A DNA stretch of 53,977 nucleotides, counting the filler, from Pseudobdellovibrionaceae bacterium (lineage in GTDB: Bacteria > Bdellovibrionota > Bdellovibrionia > Bdellovibrionales > UBA1609), in the NCBI GenBank assembly GCA_030591685.1. It is 2 parts of 2 records of this genome, joined end to end, with 100 filler letters (N's around TTAATTAATTAA, not from the genome) between each part and the next. Parts side by side here need not be neighbours in the genome. Positions count along the whole stretch, not along the records: positions 31,206 to 53,977 come from JAUVAX010000034.1; 1 more part is not named here. The stretch is one strand, 5' to 3'. The notes beneath the pieces are model-generated. The model searched no databases. It was not told the origin of the DNA and saw only the letters and a program-made list of their open reading frames with translations. This document shows positions 46,443 to 53,977 of the stretch, in pieces. Both the position numbers and the translations under genes were made by a program. Every line of letters begins with the position of its first letter. Positions within the stretch are counted from its first letter, which is position 1.

Positions 46443-47729
46443 ATGGGAGTACTATCGTCACTCTATACGGGTGTATCAGGTTTAAGTGCACAAGGTGAGG
46501 CATTAGGGGTTATCGGAGATAACATTGCAAATGCTAACACTATCGGGTTTAAAGCCAGTCGTGCGGAGTTTCAAGATATAATATCAAAAAGCTTAAAAGG
46601 GATTTTAGGTGGAAACCAAATTGGTCGAGGGACTAAAATTGGTGCTGTAAACCCAATCCTATCTCAAGGTAACGTGGATGCTACCGAGAAGTCGACCGAT
46701 TTAGCCATTTCAGGTGATGGTTACTTTGTGCTTAGAGGCTCCGATGGACAATCCTTTACAAGAAACGGATCTTTTCATTTTGATAAAGAGGGGTTCCTTG
46801 TTACTAATGATAATCAGCGTGTTCAGGGGTTTCAGGCCGATGCTGATGGTACCATTATTAATAGGGTTGCTGACATTAAGTTTCCAAGAGCTTTAATACC
46901 AGCCAAAGCGACTAGTACAATAAAAATGGATCTAAACTTAGACTCTAGAGTTCAAGAGATCAAAGAGTTTAAAGTGGATGATGCCTACTCCACAAGTGAT
47001 TTTACTACAGGGATTGAAATGTACGATTCTCAAGGTAATAAGCACATGATTACAATGTTTTTTAACAAAACAGCAGATAGAGCGTGGACTTACCGTGGAC
47101 TTGTTGATGGTAAAGAAGTGGTCGGAGGAGAGCCCGGTAAATTATCAGAAGTCGTGCAGGGTAAAATTACCTTCAACACTGATGGTATGCTTGATACCGA
47201 AGAGCAAACAGTCAGTGGCTTTAATTTTACAGGTGGGGCAAAACTAAATCAGGATGTGAAAATTGATTTTGGTAACTCTATTACTACTGATAAAGGTGAC
47301 GGCCTTGATGGTACTAAACAATATGGCCGAGACTCTGACCTTATTACTTGGAACCAAGATGGTGCTGCTGCGGGGACGATTACAAACCTTTCATTTAACG
47401 ATGAGGGTGTTTTATCGGCTCTTTACACAAATGGTGAGACTAAGGATTTAGCGCAAGTTTCGTTAGCTAAATTTGAAAACCCGGAAGCTTTATTTAAAGT
47501 GGGTTCAAATCGATTAAAAGAGGCGAACATGTCAGGGTCTCCATCCATCGGTCGATCAAATAAAGCGGGTCGAGGTAAAATATTTGCAAAGTCACTAGAG
47601 AGGTCAACTGTTGATCTAGCTTTAGAGTTTGTAAATTTGATCCAAAACCAAAGGGGCTTTCAGGCAAACGCAAAAACCATTACCACCTCTGATGAGCTTT
47701 TAGGTGAAGTGATTAACTTGAAAAGATAA
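46443..47729 (+). CDS. flgE: Flagellar hook protein FlgE
   Basis: DNIANANTIGFK, DLAISGDGYF and LERSTVDL...QRGFQANAK motifs. Confidence 0.97.
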   Translation: MGVLSSLYTGVSGLSAQGEALGVIGDNIANANTIGFKASRAEFQDIISKSLKGILGGNQIGRGTKIGAVNPILSQGNVDATEKSTDLAISGDGYFVLRGSDGQSFTRNGSFHFDKEGFLVTNDNQRVQGFQADADGTIINRVADIKFPRALIPAKATSTIKMDLNLDSRVQEIKEFKVDDAYSTSDFTTGIEMYDSQGNKHMITMFFNKTADRAWTYRGLVDGKEVVGGEPGKLSEVVQGKITFNTDGMLDTEEQTVSGFNFTGGAKLNQDVKIDFGNSITTDKGDGLDGTKQYGRDSDLITWNQDGAAAGTITNLSFNDEGVLSALYTNGETKDLAQVSLAKFENPEALFKVGSNRLKEANMSGSPSIGRSNKAGRGKIFAKSLERSTVDLALEFVNLIQNQRGFQANAKTITTSDELLGEVINLKR

Positions 47730-47754
47730 TCACTAGTATTTAATTAAAAATAGA

Positions 47755-47787
47755 GGGGAGGGCCATTTATGCCTTCCCTTTTTTTTG
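47755..47787 (+). terminator. Intrinsic terminator after flgE
   Basis: GGGAGGGC-catttat-GCCTTCCC followed by T9. Confidence 0.75.
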
Positions 47788-47839
47788 ATTATTGGATGGA
47801 ATAAAATTTTCGTTAAAAACATGAATGCTTTAAGATTAA

Positions 47840-48817
47840 TTACATAGAAAGCATTTGAATGAGTTTTATTTGATCGGGGTAAGGCTGCTTTTTTTTGTCT
47901 ACAGAGCCCGAGAGGGAGCAAGTGATCAACCTGTCGTTTTTAAGGCCAATAAATAGGTCTGACTGCCCCTGTATTAAGGCATTGACGGCAGCAGCGCCCA
48001 TTTGGCTGGCTGTGTTGCGATCTTTGGCTGACGGCGCCCCGCCTCTTTGAATGTGACCTAAGATACATACTTTGGATTCAAATCCAGATTTTTTTCGAAT
48101 ACTTTCGGCTAAGTCGTAGGCTCGTCCGGGCTTTTGGCCTTCTGCTGCAATGAGAATACTGCTCCCTTTGCCCCTCTGGAGACCCTTTTTAATATGTTCA
48201 ATAGCGTGATCTACTGAGACTTGGATTTCGGGTATAAAAACTTCTTCAGCGCCAACGGCAAGGCCCACTTCGAGGGCTAAAAATCCTGAGTTACGACCCA
48301 TGACCTCAACAATAAAAAGTCGATCATGGCTGGCAGCGGTATCACGAATTCTATCAACGGCTTCAACGGCTGTGTTAACGGCGGTGTCAAAGCCGATGGT
48401 ATAATCAGTCCCAAAAATATCATTATCTATGGTGCCAGGCACTCCAACTACGGGTATTTTTTGCTCTTTATATAATGCACTGGCTCCGGCAAAAGAACCA
48501 TCGCCCCCTATGCAAACAAGCCCCTCGACCCCTTGTCGCTTTAAATTTTCAGCAGCAGTGAGGCGAGCCTCAGGTTTTAAAAACTCAGAGCAGCGACCTG
48601 TTTTTAAAAAAGTCCCCCCGCGCTGAATAATATTAGCCACAGAGCCAAGGTGGCAAGGCTCAAAGCTTTCACTTAATAACCCTTGATACCCATTGTGTAT
48701 GCCAACAACTTGTATGTTTTGAAAAAGAGCAGTACGTACAACTCCCCTTATGGCCGCGTTCATACCAGGGGCATCCCCACCACTTGTAAAAACACCGATT
48801 TTTTTAAGAGTACTCAT
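47840..48817 (-). CDS. pfkA: ATP-dependent 6-phosphofructokinase
   Basis: TSGGDAPGMNA, IGGDGS, PGTIDND, EVMGR and LGHIQRGG motifs. Confidence 0.97.
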   Translation of the reverse strand: MSTLKKIGVFTSGGDAPGMNAAIRGVVRTALFQNIQVVGIHNGYQGLLSESFEPCHLGSVANIIQRGGTFLKTGRCSEFLKPEARLTAAENLKRQGVEGLVCIGGDGSFAGASALYKEQKIPVVGVPGTIDNDIFGTDYTIGFDTAVNTAVEAVDRIRDTAASHDRLFIVEVMGRNSGFLALEVGLAVGAEEVFIPEIQVSVDHAIEHIKKGLQRGKGSSILIAAEGQKPGRAYDLAESIRKKSGFESKVCILGHIQRGGAPSAKDRNTASQMGAAAVNALIQGQSDLFIGLKNDRLITCSLSGSVDKKKQPYPDQIKLIQMLSM

Positions 48818-48902
48818 TCATTAAATTTAACACGGATAGATGAGCCTATGCCAGTTGAAAGTGAATAAGATTTGGATTAATTTTTTAATAAAGTGGGGTG
48901 AA

Positions 48903-48940
48903 AAATAAAAAAGCCAGCATGAGAGCTGACTTTTTTATTT
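48903..48940 (-). terminator. Terminator after the HU gene
   Basis: A-run, AGCCAGC-atgaga-GCTGACT, T-run; flanks are complementary. Confidence 0.7.
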
Positions 48941-48954
48941 ATAATGTAAATTAA

Positions 48955-49227
48955 TTATTTTACTAAGGCTTTAAAATCTGATCCTGGACGGAACTTAGGG
49001 TACCATGCTGCAGGGATTTTTATAGCTTTACCTGTTTGTGGGTTTCTGCCAACGCGGGCTTTACGCTTGTTTTTTGCGAAAGTACCAAAACCAACGAGTT
49101 TAACGTCGTCACCTTTTTTAACAGTTTTTTTAATGATTGTTAAAGTGGCATCTAACATTCTTTCAGTTTGTGCTTTAGTTTGCTCTGTGTCTTTGGCAAT
49201 TCTTTCGATTAACTCTGCTTTGTTCAT
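48955..49227 (-). CDS. hup: DNA-binding protein HU
   Basis: MNKAELI, LVGFGTF, GRNPQTG and PKFRPG motifs. Confidence 0.95.
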   Translation of the reverse strand: MNKAELIERIAKDTEQTKAQTERMLDATLTIIKKTVKKGDDVKLVGFGTFAKNKRKARVGRNPQTGKAIKIPAAWYPKFRPGSDFKALVK

Positions 49228-49272
49228 GGATGTCTCCTGATAATTGGGTTTGTGTTTCTAACCGTAGATAAA

Positions 49273-49301
49273 ATTGAACATTTTCTTGAGCTCTAGGTCA
49301 A
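49273..49301 (-). promoter_or_regulatory. Putative sigma70 promoter of HU
   Basis: Minus strand TTGACC-N17-TTCAAT. Confidence 0.45.
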
Positions 49302-49480
49302 GCAAGAAAAAACTTTTTTCGTTTAAAACTTAAGGCTGGCGGGGGTTTTGTTGGTTGGCCATGTTAAATAGGTGTTTGATTTGAAAGAAAATATTTTTTT
49401 AATTGAATGCCGATGTAGATGTTTTCTTTCCAGGTCATCTATATATAGTAGTGGCTTTATGAAAGCCTCAAGATGTAGAC

Positions 49481-49690
49481 CTAGTGCCGCTTTGGAGGGT
49501 CAACGTTAAGTCTTTCAATGATCTCTATGTCTTCATTTTTGAGGGGTTCATCGGAGGCAATTTTGTAACCCTCCTCAGCCCATGCACCAAGATCTAATAC
49601 ACGGCAGCGCTCCGAGCAAAAGGGGCGGTTCTCATTTTTATGAGAGGGCTTCATTTTTTTACGACACTGGGGGCATGTGAGTGAAATCAT
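49481..49690 (-). CDS. yacG: DNA gyrase inhibitor YacG
   Basis: CPQC...RPFCSERCRVLDLGAWAEEGY. Confidence 0.93.
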   Translation of the reverse strand: MISLTCPQCRKKMKPSHKNENRPFCSERCRVLDLGAWAEEGYKIASDEPLKNEDIEIIERLNVDPPKRH

Positions 49691-49807
49691 CTGTTTACTA
49701 TTAAAAAATCATGATGGGTTTGTAAAGAGATTTGTGAAACTCAAACTTATAAGTATAAACTTTAAGCATGTTCGCTGCGGCCTGAGGTGATTAATTAAGC
49801 TAAAATC

Positions 49808-49834
49808 AAAAAAAAGCCCCGAATAATCAGGGCT
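49808..49834 (-). terminator. Terminator after the lipoprotein gene
   Basis: Minus strand AGCCCTGA-ttat-TCGGGGCT followed by a T-run. Confidence 0.7.
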
Positions 49835-49861
49835 ACAGTTGTTGTTTTTGAGCGCTAAAAT

Positions 49862-50575
49862 TTAGTAATAAGGGTTGTAGTAGTCGTCATAGCTATTTTG
49901 ATTATATTGCGTATTAATATAACGGACTGTGCCGGTGGCAAATATAGTCCCATTATAGTAAATATCCACAGATAATCCGCTTTCTGATAATGTTTTAGAT
50001 TTTATATCCACTCGAACTCCACTATTCTGTGCTGTGAGAACGCTTTCACCTGTGACAAGTTCAAACCGGCCATCGATAAAAAAAAGTGGCTGTACTGTGA
50101 CATTCCAGCTTTGAAAAAATGAAGAATTATAACCATCTGGGCTTTGAAACAACTCAATTTGACCGCCACTTGGGGTGAGAGAGTCAGTAAATATTTGTAT
50201 ACCTATGGAGTCATCCCAGCTGTGACAGTCATCTAAATCAGTAAGACCATTAAAATCGAGTTGGTAATTGATAAAATTAGAGACATCACACTTATTTTGC
50301 AATCGTAGTAGGTCTCTATATATACTTTTGTTCGTTACATTTAAAGATTGCTCTTGCCAAATAAAGCCACTGTAGTTTGAATTGTTATTATTTGTGTATC
50401 TAGACATACAGTTATTATACTCTTGTTGAGTATTTGTTTGCTGTCGACACTGTTGTTCTTGGTAGGCGTAGTTGTTAATGGGCCCATTATTAGACTTTGA
50501 GTCACCACCACAGGCACTTAGCATAAGAGCCATGCCGCCGGCTGCGAACAGTGAAAAGAGATAAGTATTTTTCAT
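49862..50575 (-). CDS. Hypothetical lipoprotein
   Basis: Lipobox LSA-C; N/Q/Y-rich segments. Confidence 0.8.
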   Translation of the reverse strand: MKNTYLFSLFAAGGMALMLSACGGDSKSNNGPINNYAYQEQQCRQQTNTQQEYNNCMSRYTNNNNSNYSGFIWQEQSLNVTNKSIYRDLLRLQNKCDVSNFINYQLDFNGLTDLDDCHSWDDSIGIQIFTDSLTPSGGQIELFQSPDGYNSSFFQSWNVTVQPLFFIDGRFELVTGESVLTAQNSGVRVDIKSKTLSESGLSVDIYYNGTIFATGTVRYINTQYNQNSYDDYYNPYY

Positions 50576-50612
50576 AACAAAACCACCTTTATGGGTTAAC
50601 TAACCTTATATA

Positions 50613-50628
50613 TACAAGCCGTGTGCCA
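50613..50628 (-). promoter_or_regulatory. Sigma54 promoter of the lipoprotein gene
   Basis: Minus strand TGGCAC-ACGGC-TTGTA, ~38 nt before the ATG. Confidence 0.65.
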
Positions 50629-51049
50629 GCTGAACTCAAAATAAAGGGGGGTAAGGGGCCTAATATGGCCTAAGTGACAAAAAGGGCCAATACACCCCTG
50701 TTATTTTTATAAACTACACTGTTTTATGGGACCCTCGTAGATCGCGACGTTACAACGCCCGGGAAGCGGTCTGGTGATAATTTAACTCCCACTATGGACT
50801 AACGAAAAAGGTATCGTTATGAATTAATGATCTTGTAGTCCTCTTTTTTAAAGCAAAAAGTGGGGTGGGATATTTAGGTTTATATTAAAAGTTTTAATTT
50901 TAACTAAAAAAACGATTGTTCTTAGGGGCTTAAGTTAAATTGAGGTGATGGTGCCTAAACAGACCCCTATCGATAAAGCGGTGTATTGCCATCAGATGAA
51001 ATGTATGTATTTATAGGGGTGGGGATTTTTTAAGCGACAGGGGGGACCA

Positions 51050-52090
51050 GTGAGTCGAGTTGGTATAATACTGTTATTGTTGTTTTTTAGTTCTGCTGCC
51101 CAGGCGTTTTGTGTGCAAACATTTAATATCTATGGGCCCTTTAGGGCACCAAACATAAGTCAAAGAACTTTGACTGCTGTTCAAGCCCTTAAAAATTTGC
51201 CTCAGTGTGAGTTTATGGCCTTTCAAGAGGTTTGGAGCAGTTCACAGCGAGATCAACTTAAGGCCTTAATGGCACAGTATTTCCCACACTCAGGGCTCAT
51301 TGACCCGGCAGTAAAAAAATCGTTAGGCCTAATGAGCGTTTCAAAAGCCCCCATTTTAGCCGCTGAAATTTACCCCTTCAAAGTTAATTATGATGGTGTC
51401 AAAGATAACTTGAGGCGTCTGTTAGGTATAGGCAAGGGGTTTCAAGCAAGTTTAGTTCAGCCCAAAAATCAAGAGCGACTGTGGGTGGTGAACTTACATA
51501 TGCACCATAAAAAACAATCTATTCGTTTGGCTCAAATTGTAGAGCTATTGAATTGGCGTATCAGGCATCCTCACTTTAAATTGCTATTAGTTGGGGACTT
51601 TAACTTTACCCCAGAAAGTTTAGAGCGAGGCTTATTAATGCAGCTGCTGCACCTTAAAGACGCCAGTGAGGTTTATAATAAAGGGTATAAACTAGGGGCT
51701 TGTACTTATTGCCATGCAAACCCACTGGCTAATGGGGGGGGCGGCTGGGTGCTTGATTATGTTTTTTACTCACAAATGAAATCAGACACTTATTTTTTAA
51801 ATGTAGCAAAGGCTCAGGTAAATTTAACTGAGTTTAATGGCGTTACAATGTCAGATCACTATGGAGTAAGGGCCTACTTTAATTATAGTTTAAACCGTAT
51901 GACTTATGTCGCTGACGATCAACGAAGGCGTGCCCTTATGAGTGCCCTAGAGGCCTCAGTAAGTGTTTTAACTCAAGAGGGTAGTTCGCTGTATGATGAG
52001 ACTATTAGTATGTTAATGCACAATTATAGGGTGTTGAAAAATAAAAAGATTAAAGACCCGTTTTGGAAGTTTTTTATTTTAGGGGCTTGA
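51050..52090 (+). CDS. Secreted endonuclease/exonuclease/phosphatase family protein (sphingomyelinase-like)
   Basis: Signal peptide AQA; TFN, FQEVW, NLHM, GDFN, LDYVF and SDH motifs. Confidence 0.88.
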   Translation: MSRVGIILLLLFFSSAAQAFCVQTFNIYGPFRAPNISQRTLTAVQALKNLPQCEFMAFQEVWSSSQRDQLKALMAQYFPHSGLIDPAVKKSLGLMSVSKAPILAAEIYPFKVNYDGVKDNLRRLLGIGKGFQASLVQPKNQERLWVVNLHMHHKKQSIRLAQIVELLNWRIRHPHFKLLLVGDFNFTPESLERGLLMQLLHLKDASEVYNKGYKLGACTYCHANPLANGGGGWVLDYVFYSQMKSDTYFLNVAKAQVNLTEFNGVTMSDHYGVRAYFNYSLNRMTYVADDQRRRALMSALEASVSVLTQEGSSLYDETISMLMHNYRVLKNKKIKDPFWKFFILGA

Positions 52091-52106
52091 GCATTTAAAA
52101 ACAAAC

Positions 52107-52136
52107 CAAAGCCTCTTTAAAAACAATGAGGCTTTG
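52107..52136. terminator. Hairpin between convergent genes
   Basis: CAAAGCCTC...GAGGCTTTG. Confidence 0.55.
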
Positions 52137-52162
52137 ATTATTAAAATTTTGAATAAAAAAAC

Positions 52163-53977
52163 TTAGTCGTTTAACAATTCATTTCTAGAATTATACACTG
52201 GGGTTGTTTCGGGGACAACGGGGGCCTTTGGTTTATAAACCATACCGCTTAAAATCGCCTCAGTTTTTTGACCATATTGATTCATTTTCTCTGCATACGC
52301 TGCTTGACGAGCGGCTTGCTCAGCTAAATCTTTGTCAATGGACTCTTGAGATTTAAATACATTTAAAATCCGAGTACCAGCACGTGAGAGTCTGCTTTTT
52401 TGAAACACTCCATATTCGCTGCCATCTTGTTCTCGTAATTTTAAGCGAGCCTCTGTTGTTTTAAAAAGAGTTCTTCTTTTAAGGGCTCGTGGGTAGAGTT
52501 CGGTCCGGTCAACCACCTCATTTTGAGCAGTGTAGGGTGAGAACTTAGCATCAACAGCCTCATCATTGACCTTTAGTTTATAAAGTATAGAGGCACCACC
52601 GGTATAGAACTTAAGCTTATTTTGACCATTTAAAACCCAGTTATAAAACGGGTCAACGGTTGTAGACTTCATGCCTTGGGGGTGAAACCCTACAGTGTGT
52701 AAGTAAAGGTTCATAAAGGGGCGGGCAAACTCTATCTCCATGCCTCGAGCGCTATAATGGTTGGCAAAAGTACCCTTAACGGCCTTGTCTATTGAGGCTC
52801 TTAAATCTCTACGGAGTACTTTTTTGTCTGCTTCTTTACGATTTCCCTCACCATCGTACTCAGAAACAAACTTAGCGACAGCTTTGGTAATAATCCCATC
52901 GATATTTTTAACGTTAAGGCGCTCTTTAGCTTTATTGGAGCGTTTGATTTCGCCATCAATTTTTTTAGCCATGTCCTCAAGTCCTGGGATCCACTTTTTG
53001 AAAAACCGCGCCTGCTCGACTTCTGAAATAAGCCCGAGCCACTTCAGGTTACCTTTTGCGATGTTTCTAATGACAAAGGTGTGCTCTTGGTCCACTTTTC
53101 TTATGGCTTCGGCGTAAGTTTCATAGGCCCACTCTTGGTTTTCTTTGTAAACATTAAAAGCTTTTAATGCATCATGGTTTTTAGCCCACTCATGGTAGCC
53201 TTTATCATTAATAAGGGCTGGGTGATTAGATTGCCCGGCCTCGGTATTAAAAACTTCATTAAAAAATCCAGAAAAGGGTTTTAATATTGTTTTGGCGGCG
53301 AGGTAGGCATCTTCATGTGCTTTATCAAAAAGTGCTTTATTTTCAGAGTGCAGTGAGGGGTCTAACTCTAATATGTCTTGCTCGAGCTTAATTAAAAAAG
53401 AGCGACGTATTTGATAAGCCGCCATAATGGGCCCAAAATGTATTTCACTTGTTTTATTAGTGCTAAATTGCAGTTGCAAATTTGTAGGGCCCGACCTTTT
53501 AGGGGAAATTTGGTTACCCCTCGCCGGTGAAAGCACTGCCAACGGGTACTTAACGGGGTCAATATTAGACTCTAATGCGGAGGCCACTAACTCTCGTTGA
53601 AAGTCATAGAGTTTAATTTTACCAAACCCTTGGTGGTACTGGGTTAAGTCTCTATAGGGTTTAATTGTAATGCTCGTGGCATCAATGGTGTTATTAATAA
53701 GCCCCTTAAAAAGAGTTAAATTATAGTTAATGTGTTTGTTGAAGGTGCGATTTGGTCGCCGAAAGTTGTATCTATTTTTACCTGTGTCTTTTATGTAAAG
53801 CTCACCGCCTTGACCATATAGTGTTGCAGACCAATCTGTAATAGGGTACAGAGCATTTTCTTTAGGGACATACTGATATAACACTCCATGCTTGCCTTGA
53901 TAAAAATTACCCCTAAATATAAGTTCAAGCTCAACATCCTTACCCACAGTAAAAATTTGACCCACATTTTTGGGTAT
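52163..53977 (-). CDS. Large hypothetical protein, 5' end outside the window
   Basis: At least 604 codons, open to the window edge; no family recognised. Confidence 0.75.
   Translation of the reverse strand: MPKNVGQIFTVGKDVELELIFRGNFYQGKHGVLYQYVPKENALYPITDWSATLYGQGGELYIKDTGKNRYNFRRPNRTFNKHINYNLTLFKGLINNTIDATSITIKPYRDLTQYHQGFGKIKLYDFQRELVASALESNIDPVKYPLAVLSPARGNQISPKRSGPTNLQLQFSTNKTSEIHFGPIMAAYQIRRSFLIKLEQDILELDPSLHSENKALFDKAHEDAYLAAKTILKPFSGFFNEVFNTEAGQSNHPALINDKGYHEWAKNHDALKAFNVYKENQEWAYETYAEAIRKVDQEHTFVIRNIAKGNLKWLGLISEVEQARFFKKWIPGLEDMAKKIDGEIKRSNKAKERLNVKNIDGIITKAVAKFVSEYDGEGNRKEADKKVLRRDLRASIDKAVKGTFANHYSARGMEIEFARPFMNLYLHTVGFHPQGMKSTTVDPFYNWVLNGQNKLKFYTGGASILYKLKVNDEAVDAKFSPYTAQNEVVDRTELYPRALKRRTLFKTTEARLKLREQDGSEYGVFQKSRLSRAGTRILNVFKSQESIDKDLAEQAARQAAYAEKMNQYGQKTEAILSGMVYKPKAPVVPETTPVYNSRNELLND

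Noticed and set aside
34928..47451. Many short antisense or alternative-frame ORFs within flagellar genes
   Set aside because: They overlap well-conserved genes and show no motifs of their own.

Overview
This is an AT-rich bacterial scaffold, most likely from a Bdellovibrionales-like predator. That assignment is inferred from the [FY]QNC signal motifs, short flagellin, several sigma54 activators and flagellar gene order. The window is two contigs joined by an artificial N-TTAATTAATTAA-N linker at 31106-31205. The left contig holds a Thr-Tyr-Gly-Thr tRNA cluster, an 870-aa secreted VWA-like protein with a Cys-rich repeat insert, tldD-tldE-DUF4430, two secreted putative proteases with sigma54-type promoters and a long minus-strand run (ribE-ribBA-ribH-hyp-ntrY-ntrX-proS-pyrF-rlmB). 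It continues with an accessory patch (DUF4269, a GNAT flanked by an ~80-bp diverged direct repeat, a polysaccharide-lyase-like protein), clpB, a flagellin with a GGA-rich leader, a Lys-repeat histone-H1-like protein, a sigma54 activator and a truncated Xer recombinase. The right contig starts with a probably foreign 4Fe-4S gene fragment and a heptamer microsatellite. It then carries the flagellar basal body/hook operon (TPR, activator, flgBC, fliEFGHIJ, motE-like, fliK, flgD, flgE), pfkA, HU, yacG, a lipoprotein, an EEP hydrolase and a truncated hypothetical gene. I found no CRISPR array, transposase or prophage. The most novel-looking items are the 870-aa protein architecture, the repeat-flanked GNAT cassette and the CsrA-like GGA hairpins on flagellar genes. 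All calls come from reading the sequence by eye, with no database searches.
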